Assembly (NCBI GenBank): GCA_951406725.2
Contig: OX597822.1
Coordinates: 74,338,001-74,402,000 of the forward strand
Source: Octopus vulgaris
Taxonomy: Eukaryota
Direction of reading: 5' to 3'
DNA: 64,000 nt
The notes below the pieces were generated by a model, which was given only the letters and a program-made list of their open reading frames with translations, made no database searches and had not been told where the DNA came from. Below are positions 53,651 to 64,000 of the stretch, one piece after another. Position 1 is the stretch's first letter; every line of letters starts with the position of its first letter. A program made the translations under genes and the position numbers.

Positions 53651-54000
53651 GGCGCAGGAATGGCTGTGTGGTAAGTAGCTTGCTTAACAACCACATGGTT
53701 CTTGGGCAAGTGTCTTCTACTATAGCCTCGGGCTGACTAAAGCCTTATGGGTGGATTTGGCAGACGGAAACTGAAAGAAGCCCGTCGTATATGTATGTAT
53801 GTGTGTGTGTGTTTGTGTGTCCCTCCAACATTGCTTGACAACCGATGGTGGTGTGTTTACGTCCTAGTCACATAGCGGTTCGGCAAGAGAGACCGATAGA
53901 ATAAGTACTAGACTTACAAAGAATAAGTCCTGAGGTCGATTTGTTCGACTAAAGGCGGTGCTCCAGTATGGCCGCAGTCAAATGACTGAAACAAATAAAA
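53651..54000 (+). mobile_element. SINE family B (B-box segment deleted)
   Basis: Match to family B. Confidence 0.8.
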
Positions 54001-54039
54001 GAAAAAAAGAAAAGAAAACTTATATGTAATAATTATTTA

Positions 54040-54430
54040 TACTCTAGGCACAAGGCCGTGAAAATTATGAGGGTGGGGATTCAGTCGATGACATCAACCC
54101 CAGTGCGTAACTGGTACTTATTTCAACGAGCTCGACAGAGTGAAAGGCAAAGTCGACCTCAGCGGAATTTCAACTCAACGTTGTGACAGGCAAAATACCT
54201 ATTTCTTTACTACCCACAAGAGGTTAAACATAGAGGGGACAAACAAGGGCAGACAAACGAATTAAGTCGATTACATCGACCCCAGTGCGTAACTGGTACT
54301 TAATTTATCGACCCCGAAAGGCTGAAAGGCAAAGTCGACCTCAGCGGAATTTGAATTCACAACGTAACGGCAGACGAAATACCGCTAAGCATTTCGCCCG
54401 GCGCGCTAACGTTTCTGCCAACCCACCGCC
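54040..54430 (-). mobile_element. SINE family A, two adjacent or nested copies
   Basis: CCCAGTGCGTAACTGGTACTTA...AAAGTCGACCTCAGCGGAATTT occurs twice. Confidence 0.8.
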
Positions 54431-54466
54431 TTTTTATGGTATGTAATGATATATATATGTGTGTGC

Positions 54467-54516
<50 letters not shown>

Positions 54517-54547
54517 TCAAAATAAGCAACAGGATATCAAGTAGTAA

Positions 54548-54634
54548 TGCAGTACGACCGTTTCAAGCGGTTACATTTAATTAAAGAATGCAATCATTAC
54601 ATCAATTTAAATATACTGCCATCTTCAGCTGCAC
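54548..54634 (-). ncRNA. Probable degenerate hammerhead in a pLTR-like fragment next to (TA)n
   Basis: Minus strand: CTGAAGA-TGGCAGTATATTTAA...TTAAATGTAACCGCTT-GAAA-CGGTC. Stems I and II are imperfect. Confidence 0.45.
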
Positions 54635-54889
54635 GAATAAATAAATGGAATTTTAACAAGTAGGACACATTGATATAATTTTTCTCAAATATTTTAACTG
54701 ACCAAGAAGATGGAAGATATTCATGTTGTCTCTATTGTAGCTAAGAATAGACTACACTTCTAAGAATCGCATGGAGCATAGTAGGGTCATAGTGTTGTAA
54801 GGGATCGTAATTCATTTCTAATTCATTTGTCTCTTTATCAACTACTAAATTTAAGACTAGAAGACTGTGTCTATTTTGAATAAAAGACA

Positions 54890-55533
54890 AGAGTGAGTTG
54901 ACAGCTCATGACAGAATACTAAAAATGAACCCGATCGCTCTCAGAAATTAAGTAAAAAAAAAAACAGGAAAAATAAATTTGAATCCTTGCCCGGTACCGT
55001 ATCGATCCTAAAATCTAATCGGTTCGTGCTAATTACGAGGCTAAACACCGTCGAAAGTTTCATCCGAATCCATCCAGCAGTTCTTGAGATATTTTGTCCA
55101 CGGACAAACAAACACGACTGAATAACAAGAGCACTCAGAGAGCGCAAACCTCCACCAAGGCAACATTAACGTCCTCTCAACGATTAGCCAGAGAGGATTT
55201 TTAAAATGAGAATATCTGAAATAAACTCGACTGCTCTCACAAACGAAAATACTAAAAGTGAACCCGACCGCTCTCAAAAATTAAGTAAAAAAAAAAACAG
55301 GAAAGATAATCCAGAATCCTTGACCGGTACCGGATCGATCCCAAAATCTTATCAGTTCGTGCCGGTACCGGATCGATCCCAAAAGCTTATCAGTTCGTGC
55401 CAGTCCCGAGGCCAAACCCTGAAAGTTTCATCCGAATCCATCCAGCGGTTCTTGAGAGATCTAGTCCACGGATAAACAAACAAACAAACACCACTGAAAA
55501 ACAATACCCCCGCCTTCGCTAAGGCGGGGGTAA
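54890..55533. mobile_element. Tandem non-autonomous Helitron/Helentron-like (HINE/DINE-type) repeat
   Basis: Two related units (54890-55120 and 55123-55533) and a terminal GC hairpin ACCCCCGCCTT-CGCT-AAGGCGGGGGT at ~55507-55532. Confidence 0.55.
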
Positions 55534-56108
55534 TAAAGATGCCGATTGTCTGAGAGTTTCTCGTCGGTGACATGTTCCAAGGGAAGGATTAGAAAAACGT
55601 GGAATTACTGTAAAAAAATATATAAAGTTGTGTTACACAAAATTTTGCTTTCTGTTTCATTGTGTGTGTGCGTGTTTCCGAGTGTATGGCGTGTTTGTGT
55701 GTACATGTGTGTGTATGTGTGTTTTATGTGTGTACGTGTGCGAGCGTGCGCTATGTGTCGCGTGTGTGCGTGTGTGTTTCGTGCGCCTGTTGTGCGTTGC
55801 GTGTTTGTATGCGCGTGTGTGTGTGTATACGTGTTGTATGCGTGTGTGTGTGTATACATGTTGTATGCGTGTTTCTGTATATGTGTGCGTATCCGTGTTG
55901 TATGCGTGTGTGTGCTCGTGTGTTTGCGTGCGTGTGTATGGTGTGCTGATGTGTGTGCGTGTTGTTTGTGTATGTATGTTATGTGTGTGTGTGTGTGCGA
56001 GCGCATGTGTACGTGTATTTTATGTGTGTGTGTGCGTGCGTTATGTGTTGCCTGTATGTATGCGTGTATGCGTGTATGTGTATCTATGAATGTATGTATG
56101 TATGTATC

Positions 56109-56142
<34 letters not shown>

Positions 56143-56687
56143 TGTATGTATGTATGCAGGTGTGTGTATACGTGTTGTATGCGTGTTGGTAAATGTTTGA
56201 CAATACTTGTTGTGAGCGTGTGGTTGTATGTGAGTGCGCACGTGTGTTTGCGTGTGTATGTATGATGCATTGATGCGTGTGCATGTTGTTTGCGTATGCG
56301 CGTTGTTTGTGTGTGTGTGTGTGTGTATATGTATGAGTGTGTACGCGTGTGTGTACATGTGCGGTCGTGTGTTTTGTGTGTGTGCGTGTATGTGTGTGCG
56401 TGTTGACATGTCAGAGGAATTTGAGAAATATAATCGTTCTCGTCGTAATTATTTATATCTTGTCTTTTTTTTTCTCTTCGCTGATTCAATTGGCGTTGTC
56501 TTTGTTGATCCGTTTTGATTTGTACAATGGTTTTAATGATATGTCCCAACATAAATACAACACCACAGACAGTTTTAAGAAGACGAGATTGGAGGTTATA
56601 CTTGTTTGACAACGAATATGATGCGAGATCCATTACTGAAGCTGAAACAATGATATCGCTATAAAATCACGGCAGTAATTTAAAATA

Positions 56688-57190
56688 CCATAAATCCTCG
56701 AGTATAATCCGCATTTTTTTCTCAAAATTTAAAGGTCAAAATCCTTAGTGCGTACTATATACGAGGTTTAAAATGAAAATTATTTTCTAAGCAATGTCTA
56801 TTTACTGTCTGGCTATGTTTATTCAGACGCATTTTGTGATGTCGGGCGCGAAAATACCTTAAGCTAAGCTTGAAAGCAATGAAGTCATAAAAGAATCATC
56901 CATAACTAGCAGTAAGCAACATTTATTAAATATTATTACTGTTATTTCTTTATTTTCTGGAAACAAAATGTACAAAAAAGCTACACGTTTGCATTATGTA
57001 ATATATACAATAATAATAAAGGACGTTACCGTATACATTTTTACAAACCAAGGACGTTATATAGACCTCTTTGACTCAAGTTAGAGAAGGGGTGCGTATT
57101 ATACACAAGGTTTAGGTTTTTCAGAGGTACAGCTCCTAACAATCCCCTGCGTATTATACTCAAGGGCGGACTATACTCGAGAATTTACGG
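56688..57190. mobile_element. pogo/Tc2-like MITE with TA target duplication
   Basis: TIRs TA-CCATAAATCCTCGAGTATAATCCGC / GCGGACTATACTCGAGAATTTACGG-TA. Confidence 0.85.
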
Positions 57191-57324
57191 TACACAAATA
57201 CAGTTACACTTTCTTTGTGATAGATATCAAAGTCTTCCGCCATTCATTACGACTCGGTCACTGATAACAGAGCCATTTCTGCGTGACGTATGTAACAGCC
57301 AAATGAACAAATTATGGACAACCG

Positions 57325-57641
57325 GTACTCTGTCGGTTACGTCGAAGGTTCCAGTTGATCCGATCAACGGAACAGCCTGCTCGTGAAATTAACATGCAAG
57401 TGGCTGAGTACTCCACAGACATGCGTACCCTTAACGTTGTTCTGAAGGAGATTCAGTGTGACACAGAATGTGACAAGGCTGGCCCTTTGAAATAAAGGTA
57501 CTACTCAGTTTTGCCAGGTGAGTGGACTGGAGCAATGGGAAATAAAGTGTCTTGCTCAAGGACACAACGCGTCGCCGTGAATTGAACTCACGACCTTACG
57601 ATCGTGAGCCGGATGCCCTAACCACTAAGCCAGTCGCCTTC
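57325..57641 (-). mobile_element. SINE family C tail with an alternative head (C2)
   Basis: Head TGGCTTAGTGG / GAGTTCAATT plus GTTGTGTCCTTGAGCAAGACAC; tail shared with 16808-17187. A sibling copy lies at 62234-62515 (+). Confidence 0.8.
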
Positions 57642-58211
57642 ACACAAATTGTGAACTATTTATACGAGTGGTTCCCAACTTGAGATCCGCAGGCCCCTGG
57701 TGGTTCGCAAAGATAGTACTGGGGGTCCATAGACTAATTTCATGTGTGTGTGCGTGTGTGTGGGTGTGTGTGTGTGTGTACGTGTGTGTGTGTGTGTGTG
57801 TACGTGTGTGTGTGTGTACGTGTGTGTGTGTGTGTGTCAAAGAAAATATTTCTCCAGCGTTCGCTATTTTACCATCGTTCTGGTCTAACGACCCTTCATG
57901 GTTGTTTTCGTTCGGTTTCCTTGTATGTCTGCACTGTCATGTTTTTGTTCCCAACTTTGACCCTCCATAAATTCCAAATTTTATTTTGGTACTTATGGGA
58001 GCAACTGTCTTCGAAGACTCATCTTGTCGTTCAATGCTTGAAATGAGGAGTAGATAGACAGGCGACAACTGACGAAAGGTCGTTCTTTATGTTACTTGTC
58101 CTGTTTTCCATTTGTATCCCTCGTTGTTTGCGAATTGAACACACTTGTTTTCGAACTTCATGTTGTTTACTGTTGGTGACGCCTTGTACCCATATATGCA
58201 TGTGGGTATCT

Positions 58212-58313
<102 letters not shown>

Positions 58314-58319
58314 GTTCTT

Positions 58320-58615
58320 TTATTCTTTTACTTGTTTCAGTCATTTGATTGCGGCCATGCCTGAGCACCGCCTTAAAGAGTTGTAGTCGAAGAAATCGAT
58401 CCCAGGACTTATCCATTGTAAGTCTGCTACTTATTCTATCAGTATCTGTTGCTGAACCGCTAAGTTATGGTGATATAAACATACCAGCATCAGTTGTCAA
58501 GCGATATATATATATATACATATAAATACGACGGGCTTCCACACAATTTCTATTCGCCAAATTCGTTCACGGGGCATTGGTCGGCTCGGACTATAGTCGA
58601 AATATCGGTCCATTG
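58320..58615 (-). mobile_element. SINE family B, diverged and partial
   Basis: Match to the family B tail. Confidence 0.7.
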
Positions 58616-58678
58616 CCGGTGAGTCTCTCTATCTGTCCGTGTCTCCTCTCCCTTTTGCTCTCTCTTTCTCTCTCTCTC

Positions 58679-58731
<53 letters not shown>

Positions 58732-59740
58732 ATGTGACAGAAAGAAAGAGAGAATATTCCGCTGTGTGAAAGGGTATGAGAGCCAAGAAAGTGCCTTGTT
58801 TTGCTCTCAACTACACAGTTCAATAGACCCCTAAGACAATTAGCCAAAGCTAATTTATAAGTCATACTCATTTGCGAGCGACGGATACAATTGTGGGTGT
58901 TGTGGTGGAGCTGCTGTATCGGGTGGGAGCTAGTAATGAGAAGTTGACAATGGAAGTAAACAATGTTATTTGCTCAATAATTGAAAATACAGACAGAAAT
59001 GTTAAACATGCGGAGAGGACAGACAAAAGGGAAGGAGGAAGAGGAGGAGAAGTAGGATGAGGGAATGAGAGAGGAGGAAGAGGCGGGGGAGGAGGGGGAA
59101 TGAGAGAGGAGGAGGAGGAGAGGAATGAGATAGTGGGAGGAGGGGGAGGAGGGGAAGAGGGGAGGGGGAGGAGGAGGATACTCTAAGAAATACGGGAGGA
59201 AAGGTAGAAGATACGCTTGAAGACACTGAAAGTGACTTTTCAAGAGTTCGTGTGTGTGTGTTTGTATGTGCATGTGTGTGTATACTTGTGTGTGCCTTTG
59301 TGTGTGTATGTATATGTGTGTGGATGTGTGTATGTGTTTGTCTGTTTGTATGTGTATGTGTGTGCGTTTGTGTGCATGGGTGTATGTGTGTGTGTGTTTG
59401 TGTGTATGTGTGTGTTTGTGTGTATGTGTGTGCGTGCTTGTGTGTGTTTCTGTGTGTTTCTGTGTATGTATGTGTCTGTGTCTGTGTATGTGGGTGTGTT
59501 GTATGTGTATGTATGTGTGTTTGCATGTTTGTGTGTTTATGGGTGTGTAAGTGTGTATTTGTGCGTGTTTCTGTGTGTGTGTGTTTGTGTGTGTTTGTGT
59601 GTGAATGTGTGTGTGTATGTGTGTGTATGTGCTTGTACGTGTATGTGTATGTGTTTGTGCGTGTATGTGTGTATGCGTATGTGTTTGTGTGTATGTGTGT
59701 AGGTTTGTGTGTTTGTGTGTTTGTCTGTTTGGGTGTGTAT

Positions 59741-59843
<103 letters not shown>

Positions 59844-60439
59844 GGATCCCGAGCAAAAATTTGAAGCTGTAACACGTCGTTGAGAAATCTTCATTGAAAT
59901 CTTTGACAAACAGAAAGACGAAGTTTCCAGATTAAGGACTGATATCATCAAAGGTTTAGACAGAATACTTTCGGCAGAATAGTTAAAGGATCTAAAGTCT
60001 GAAAATGTAACGCGATTTTAAGAAATCTTCAAGAGAAGAACTGAACACCAGGTATCTGTTATAAAACTCGCCATTTTCTATTACTTAGTGGTGGTGAAGG
60101 TGGTGGCTGCGGTGCTTCTTCTTCTTCTTCTTCTTCTTCTTCTTCTTCTTCTTCTTCTTCTTCTTCTTCTTCTTCTTCTTCTTCTTCTTCTTCTTCTTCT
60201 TGTCTTCTTCTTCTTCTTTTTCTTCTTCTTCTTCTTCTTCTTCTTCTTCTTCTTCTTCTTCTTCTTCTTCTTCTTCTTCTTCTTCTTCTTCTTCTTCTTC
60301 TTCTTCTTCTTCTTCTTCTTCTTCTTCTTCCAGTCAGGACTCAAGCCATTAGCCACAAAGAATAATCTCTAATTCGAGCCTACTCTAAGCTATTAAGAAT
60401 GCGTGTGGCAACTTGAAGATCCACCCACCACACGCGCTA

Positions 60440-60806
60440 GACTGGCGGTGGCACGGGCGAGAAAGCTACGTTGTTATCCTCATATCCGTAAACGGTGGCT
60501 TTTAATGGGTGGAGTACTGAACCATCCTGGGGTACAGAGGATTCGCAATATAGACTAGAGCCTGAAAGTTTATCACACCATAGTGGGTTACACCATGGTT
60601 CCTCTGCTTTGTGGCAGAAGTAGGAAGAAAGAGAGAAATTTGTGGTAAAAGAGTACTGCGGAGTCCCTCCCACCTCCCCGCCGGAGCCTCGTGGAGCTTA
60701 GGTGTTCTTGCTCAATAAACACTCACAATTCCCGGGCTGGGAATCGAAACCGCGTTCTTACGACCGCGAGTCCGCTGCCCTAACCACTGGGCCATTGCGC
60801 CTCCAC
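60440..60806 (-). mobile_element. SINE with head C1 and an unrelated tail
   Basis: 60625-60806 matches the head of 16808-16990. Sequence beyond it does not match the family C tail. Confidence 0.65.
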
Positions 60807-61896
60807 TGCTGTTGCTGCTGCTGGTGGCGGCGGCGGTGTTGGAGGAGGAGATGGTGGTAACGGTGATGGTGATAGTGATGGTGGCGATGAGGATGGTGAG
60901 GAAGAGGAAGATGTTGGTGATGATGATTTTGACGCAGATAATAATGAAGACGTTGATGATGCTGTTAATTATATTGAGAACGGTGTTGACGTGTTAGTGA
61001 TGAGAAGAAGGATGAGAGTGGTGGTGAGAGATGGCGGCGATAGCGAAGGTGACGACATGGATTGAGATCAGCACTTTATTCCTTAAAACTCAGAAATAAT
61101 CAGAGCAGGGTGATGACGATGATGATGATGATGGCGATAATGATGACGACGAGGATCGTGGTGGTGGTGGTGGTGGTGGTGACGATGACGATGTCGATAA
61201 TAACGGACAAAATGAGGACGGCGACGAACGCCGACGACCAACGATCTTAACAGTGGTGGTGGTGGTGGTGGGTGCTGGTGGTGGCGGTGGTGGTAGTAGT
61301 GGTGGTAGTGGCGGAGGTTGTAGTGCAGGTGGTGGTGGCGGTGATGGCGATGGTTGTGGTGGAGGTGGTGGTAGCGGTGGAGATGTAAGAAGTGGAGGTA
61401 GTGTTGGTGTTTAGTTATGGTGATGATGGTGGTGGTGTTTAGATATGGTAGTGGTGACGATGGCGGCGGTGGTCGTCGTCGTGGTCGTGGTCGTGGTCGT
61501 GGTCGTCGTTGTGGTGGTCGTGGTCGTGGTCGTGGTAGTGGTGGTGATGGTGGTGGTGGTGGTGGTGGTGGTCGTCGTCGTCGTCGTGGTGATTGGGAAC
61601 CGGAGCAAAACGAAAATAAAAAGAGAATGCTGGGGTTCTGATTCATGTTGTTGCTTATTCAACCATCTCGTTTTTCTTTGTTTTCTTGTGTGTGTGTGTG
61701 TGTGTGTGTGTACCCCGAGGTTCTCCGGTTCTCCGGCCGGCTGGGTCGATGACTGGAACAATCTACCTTACGATCCTCCATTATAAAAGAAGAATACAAC
61801 ACAATTCTCTGTTTCTGAGATAAGGAATTTATATCAATTTATGTCATGCATATTGTTTATACCAGTCGAATTCCTGTCCTCATCTTTATTTTTACT

Positions 61897-61942
61897 ATCA
61901 CTATGTTTCGGCTGTTGTACTCTCCAGCCTTCTTCAGGTGTC
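61897..61942 (-). ncRNA. Hammerhead-like motif of the family D tail (element ~61800-61960)
   Basis: Minus strand: GACAC-CTGAAGA-A-GGCTG/CAGCC-GAAA-CATA-GTG, followed by GATGAGGAC as in other D tails. Confidence 0.55.
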
Positions 61943-61997
61943 TTGTGTTGAACTCACATGTTGTATCGGGACCCTTATTCCGCCCACTGCGCTTTCT

Positions 61998-62857
61998 TTT
62001 ACTCTTTTACTAGTTTCAGGCATTTGACTGCTGCCATGCTGGAGCACCGCCTTGAAGGGTTATAGCCGAAGAAATCAGCCCCAGAACTTATTCTTTGTAA
62101 ACATAGTACTTATTCTATCGGGGTCTTTTTGCCGAAACGCTAAGTCACGGGGATATAGAGACACCGGTATCGGTTGTCAAGCAATGGCAGAAGTGGGGTG
62201 GGGGGCGAAACACACACACATATCTATATATATGAAGGCGCGTGGCTTAGTGGTTAAGGCATTTGGCTCACGATCATAAGATCGTAAGTTCAGTTCCCGG
62301 CGACGCGTTGTGTCCTTGAGCAAGACACTTTATTTTATGCTGCTCCAGACCACTCACCTGGCGAAAATGAGTAGTACCTGCATTTCAAAGGGACAGCCTT
62401 GTCATACTATGTTAAGGGTACGCGTGTCTGTGGAGTGCTCAGCCACTTGCACGTTAATTTTAAGAGCAGGCTGTTCCGTCAACTGGAACCCTCGTCGTTG
62501 GGACTAACGGAGTACCAGTATACACTACAGGCTTTTTTCGGTTTCCGTCTACCAAATCCATCCACAAGGTTTTGGTTGGCCTGACGTTCTAGTAGAAGAC
62601 ACTTACTCACGGTGCCATGCAATGGAACTGAACCCGGAACCATGTGGTTAGGAAGCAAGCTTCTTACCACACAGCCACGCCTACGGCTATTTATGTATAT
62701 ATACGAGGGGCTTTTTTTCAGTTTCCGTCGACCAAATCCACTCACAAGGCTTTGATTAGCCTGAGGCTCTTAGTAGAAGACACTTGCCCACAGTACCATG
62801 TAATAGAACTGAACCCGGAACCATATAGTTGGAAAGCAAGCTTCTTACCGCTCAGCC
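61998..62857. mobile_element. SINE cluster: B tail (-), C2 (+, 62234-62515) and two B heads (-)
   Basis: Matches to families B and C2. Confidence 0.75.
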
Positions 62858-62923
62858 GTATGTTTTTACTTCGGTTGAGGTTTTATGAATTTACCTTAGT
62901 GCCTTGCCTGGGGTTCAACTACA

Positions 62924-63215
62924 GCTATAGCGTAGCGGATAAAGGCGTTGGTTAATGTGCTGCAGTCACCTAAAGGCTTTGAGTTCAATTCCAGACAATT
63001 CGCAAAAAATCAACTGAAGCAAAAACTGTCACGAAAAGCAGTAAACGAAATAAGAACAGTGTATCCTCGTCGATGAAACAAAAGGTTAGGTTCGAAATTC
63101 CGATAAAACAATTGAGTTCAATAGAAGACACCTGAAGAAGGCCGGAGAGCACAACAGCCGAAACATAGTAAATGCAACAATCAACATGAGGAACACCAGT
63201 CTGACCAATATAAAG
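62924..63215 (+). mobile_element. Family D-related copy: tRNA-like head + A-rich spacer + hammerhead-like tail
   Basis: A-box TAGCGTAGCGG 62928-62938, B-box GAGTTCAATTCC 62981-62992, AGGTTCGAAATT as at 1378, and GACAC-CTGAAGA-A-GGC/GCC-GAAA-CATA at 63127-63167. Confidence 0.6.
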
Positions 63216-64000
63216 AGTATACAAAAATACATTTCAACGCCATTTAATTCTATTTCCACCGTTACGGAAAGAAAAACCCGACAAAATGTTTCAAATTGCC
63301 CCAAACGAGGATATTATTGAGTACTCAGACACCGTTATATCTGTAGATGCGGACTGTCTACAACCCGGTGAGATCTCTGTAATAATATGCGTACAACATT
63401 TAGTCTGCGACATTTGACAGTGATGTTAATTGTCTGGAAATGCCTTGTTTTAATAGGGTGTACCCTATTGCTGCTTATATATATATATAAAATCTCTGAA
63501 TAGCCCAGTCCCAATGAAGAGGTTACAAAAGCATTCACCAGAAACATAAATCGGAGACCTTAACTACTGAGAATGCCTCTTTGCATTACAACCCTGTTCT
63601 TTGGAACACTGAATTATTATGACATCATATTTATCTATCTATATATATATGTATGTGTGTTGGGGGAGGTGTGATAGACAAGACGCAGTTTATATCATTT
63701 GTTCCCTACGTACGTTTCATCATTGTGTTTATTTGCATCACCTGCAGTAAATATTCAAAGTGCAACTGGCTGCTGAACCACAACAGTTCTTCAAGGAAAC
63801 ACTTTGTTGCTTTATTTTTTTCCCAGATCAAGTACTTACACAAGTAATACTATATACATACATATACACATGTATATATATGTTGGGTGGGGTGTATGTA
63901 TATACTGAAAGAGAGAGGAGAGAAATATATAGATAGGTAGGCAGACAGATAGATAGATAGATAGACAGACAGATAGATAGATAGATAGATAGATAGATAG

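Overview
This is eukaryotic, AT-rich, microsatellite-saturated non-coding DNA (intergenic or deep intronic). The repeat repertoire suggests an octopus or other cephalopod genome; that is an inference, not a database result. I find no credible host protein-coding exon: nearly all ORFs in the track are translations of simple repeats such as (TA)n, (TG)n, (TATC)n and (TAA)n. Real coding remnants all belong to transposons. They include a 5'-truncated Penelope-like element (RT + GIY-YIG, ~43.0-45.3 kb) and four R4/Dong-like retrotransposon pieces with a restriction-like endonuclease (REL), all sitting in (TAA)n. There are also Tx1-, RTE- and CR1/L2-type LINE ends, mariner/pogo/hAT MITEs and several tRNA-derived SINE families. 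The most interesting hidden layer is RNA structure. At least four well-formed minimal type-I hammerhead ribozymes (5202-5305 +; 8799-8880 -; 9334-9415 -; 24803-24875 -) and several degenerate ones are present. Two lie in a near-identical 535-nt tandem repeat enclosed by ~155-bp inverted repeats, resembling a retrozyme or Penelope-LTR unit that could release a 535-nt RNA able to circularise. A separate dispersed family joins a Pol III tRNA-like head to a hammerhead-bearing tail, a candidate Penelope-mobilised ribozyme SINE. All coordinates were read by eye, and repeat boundaries are approximate.
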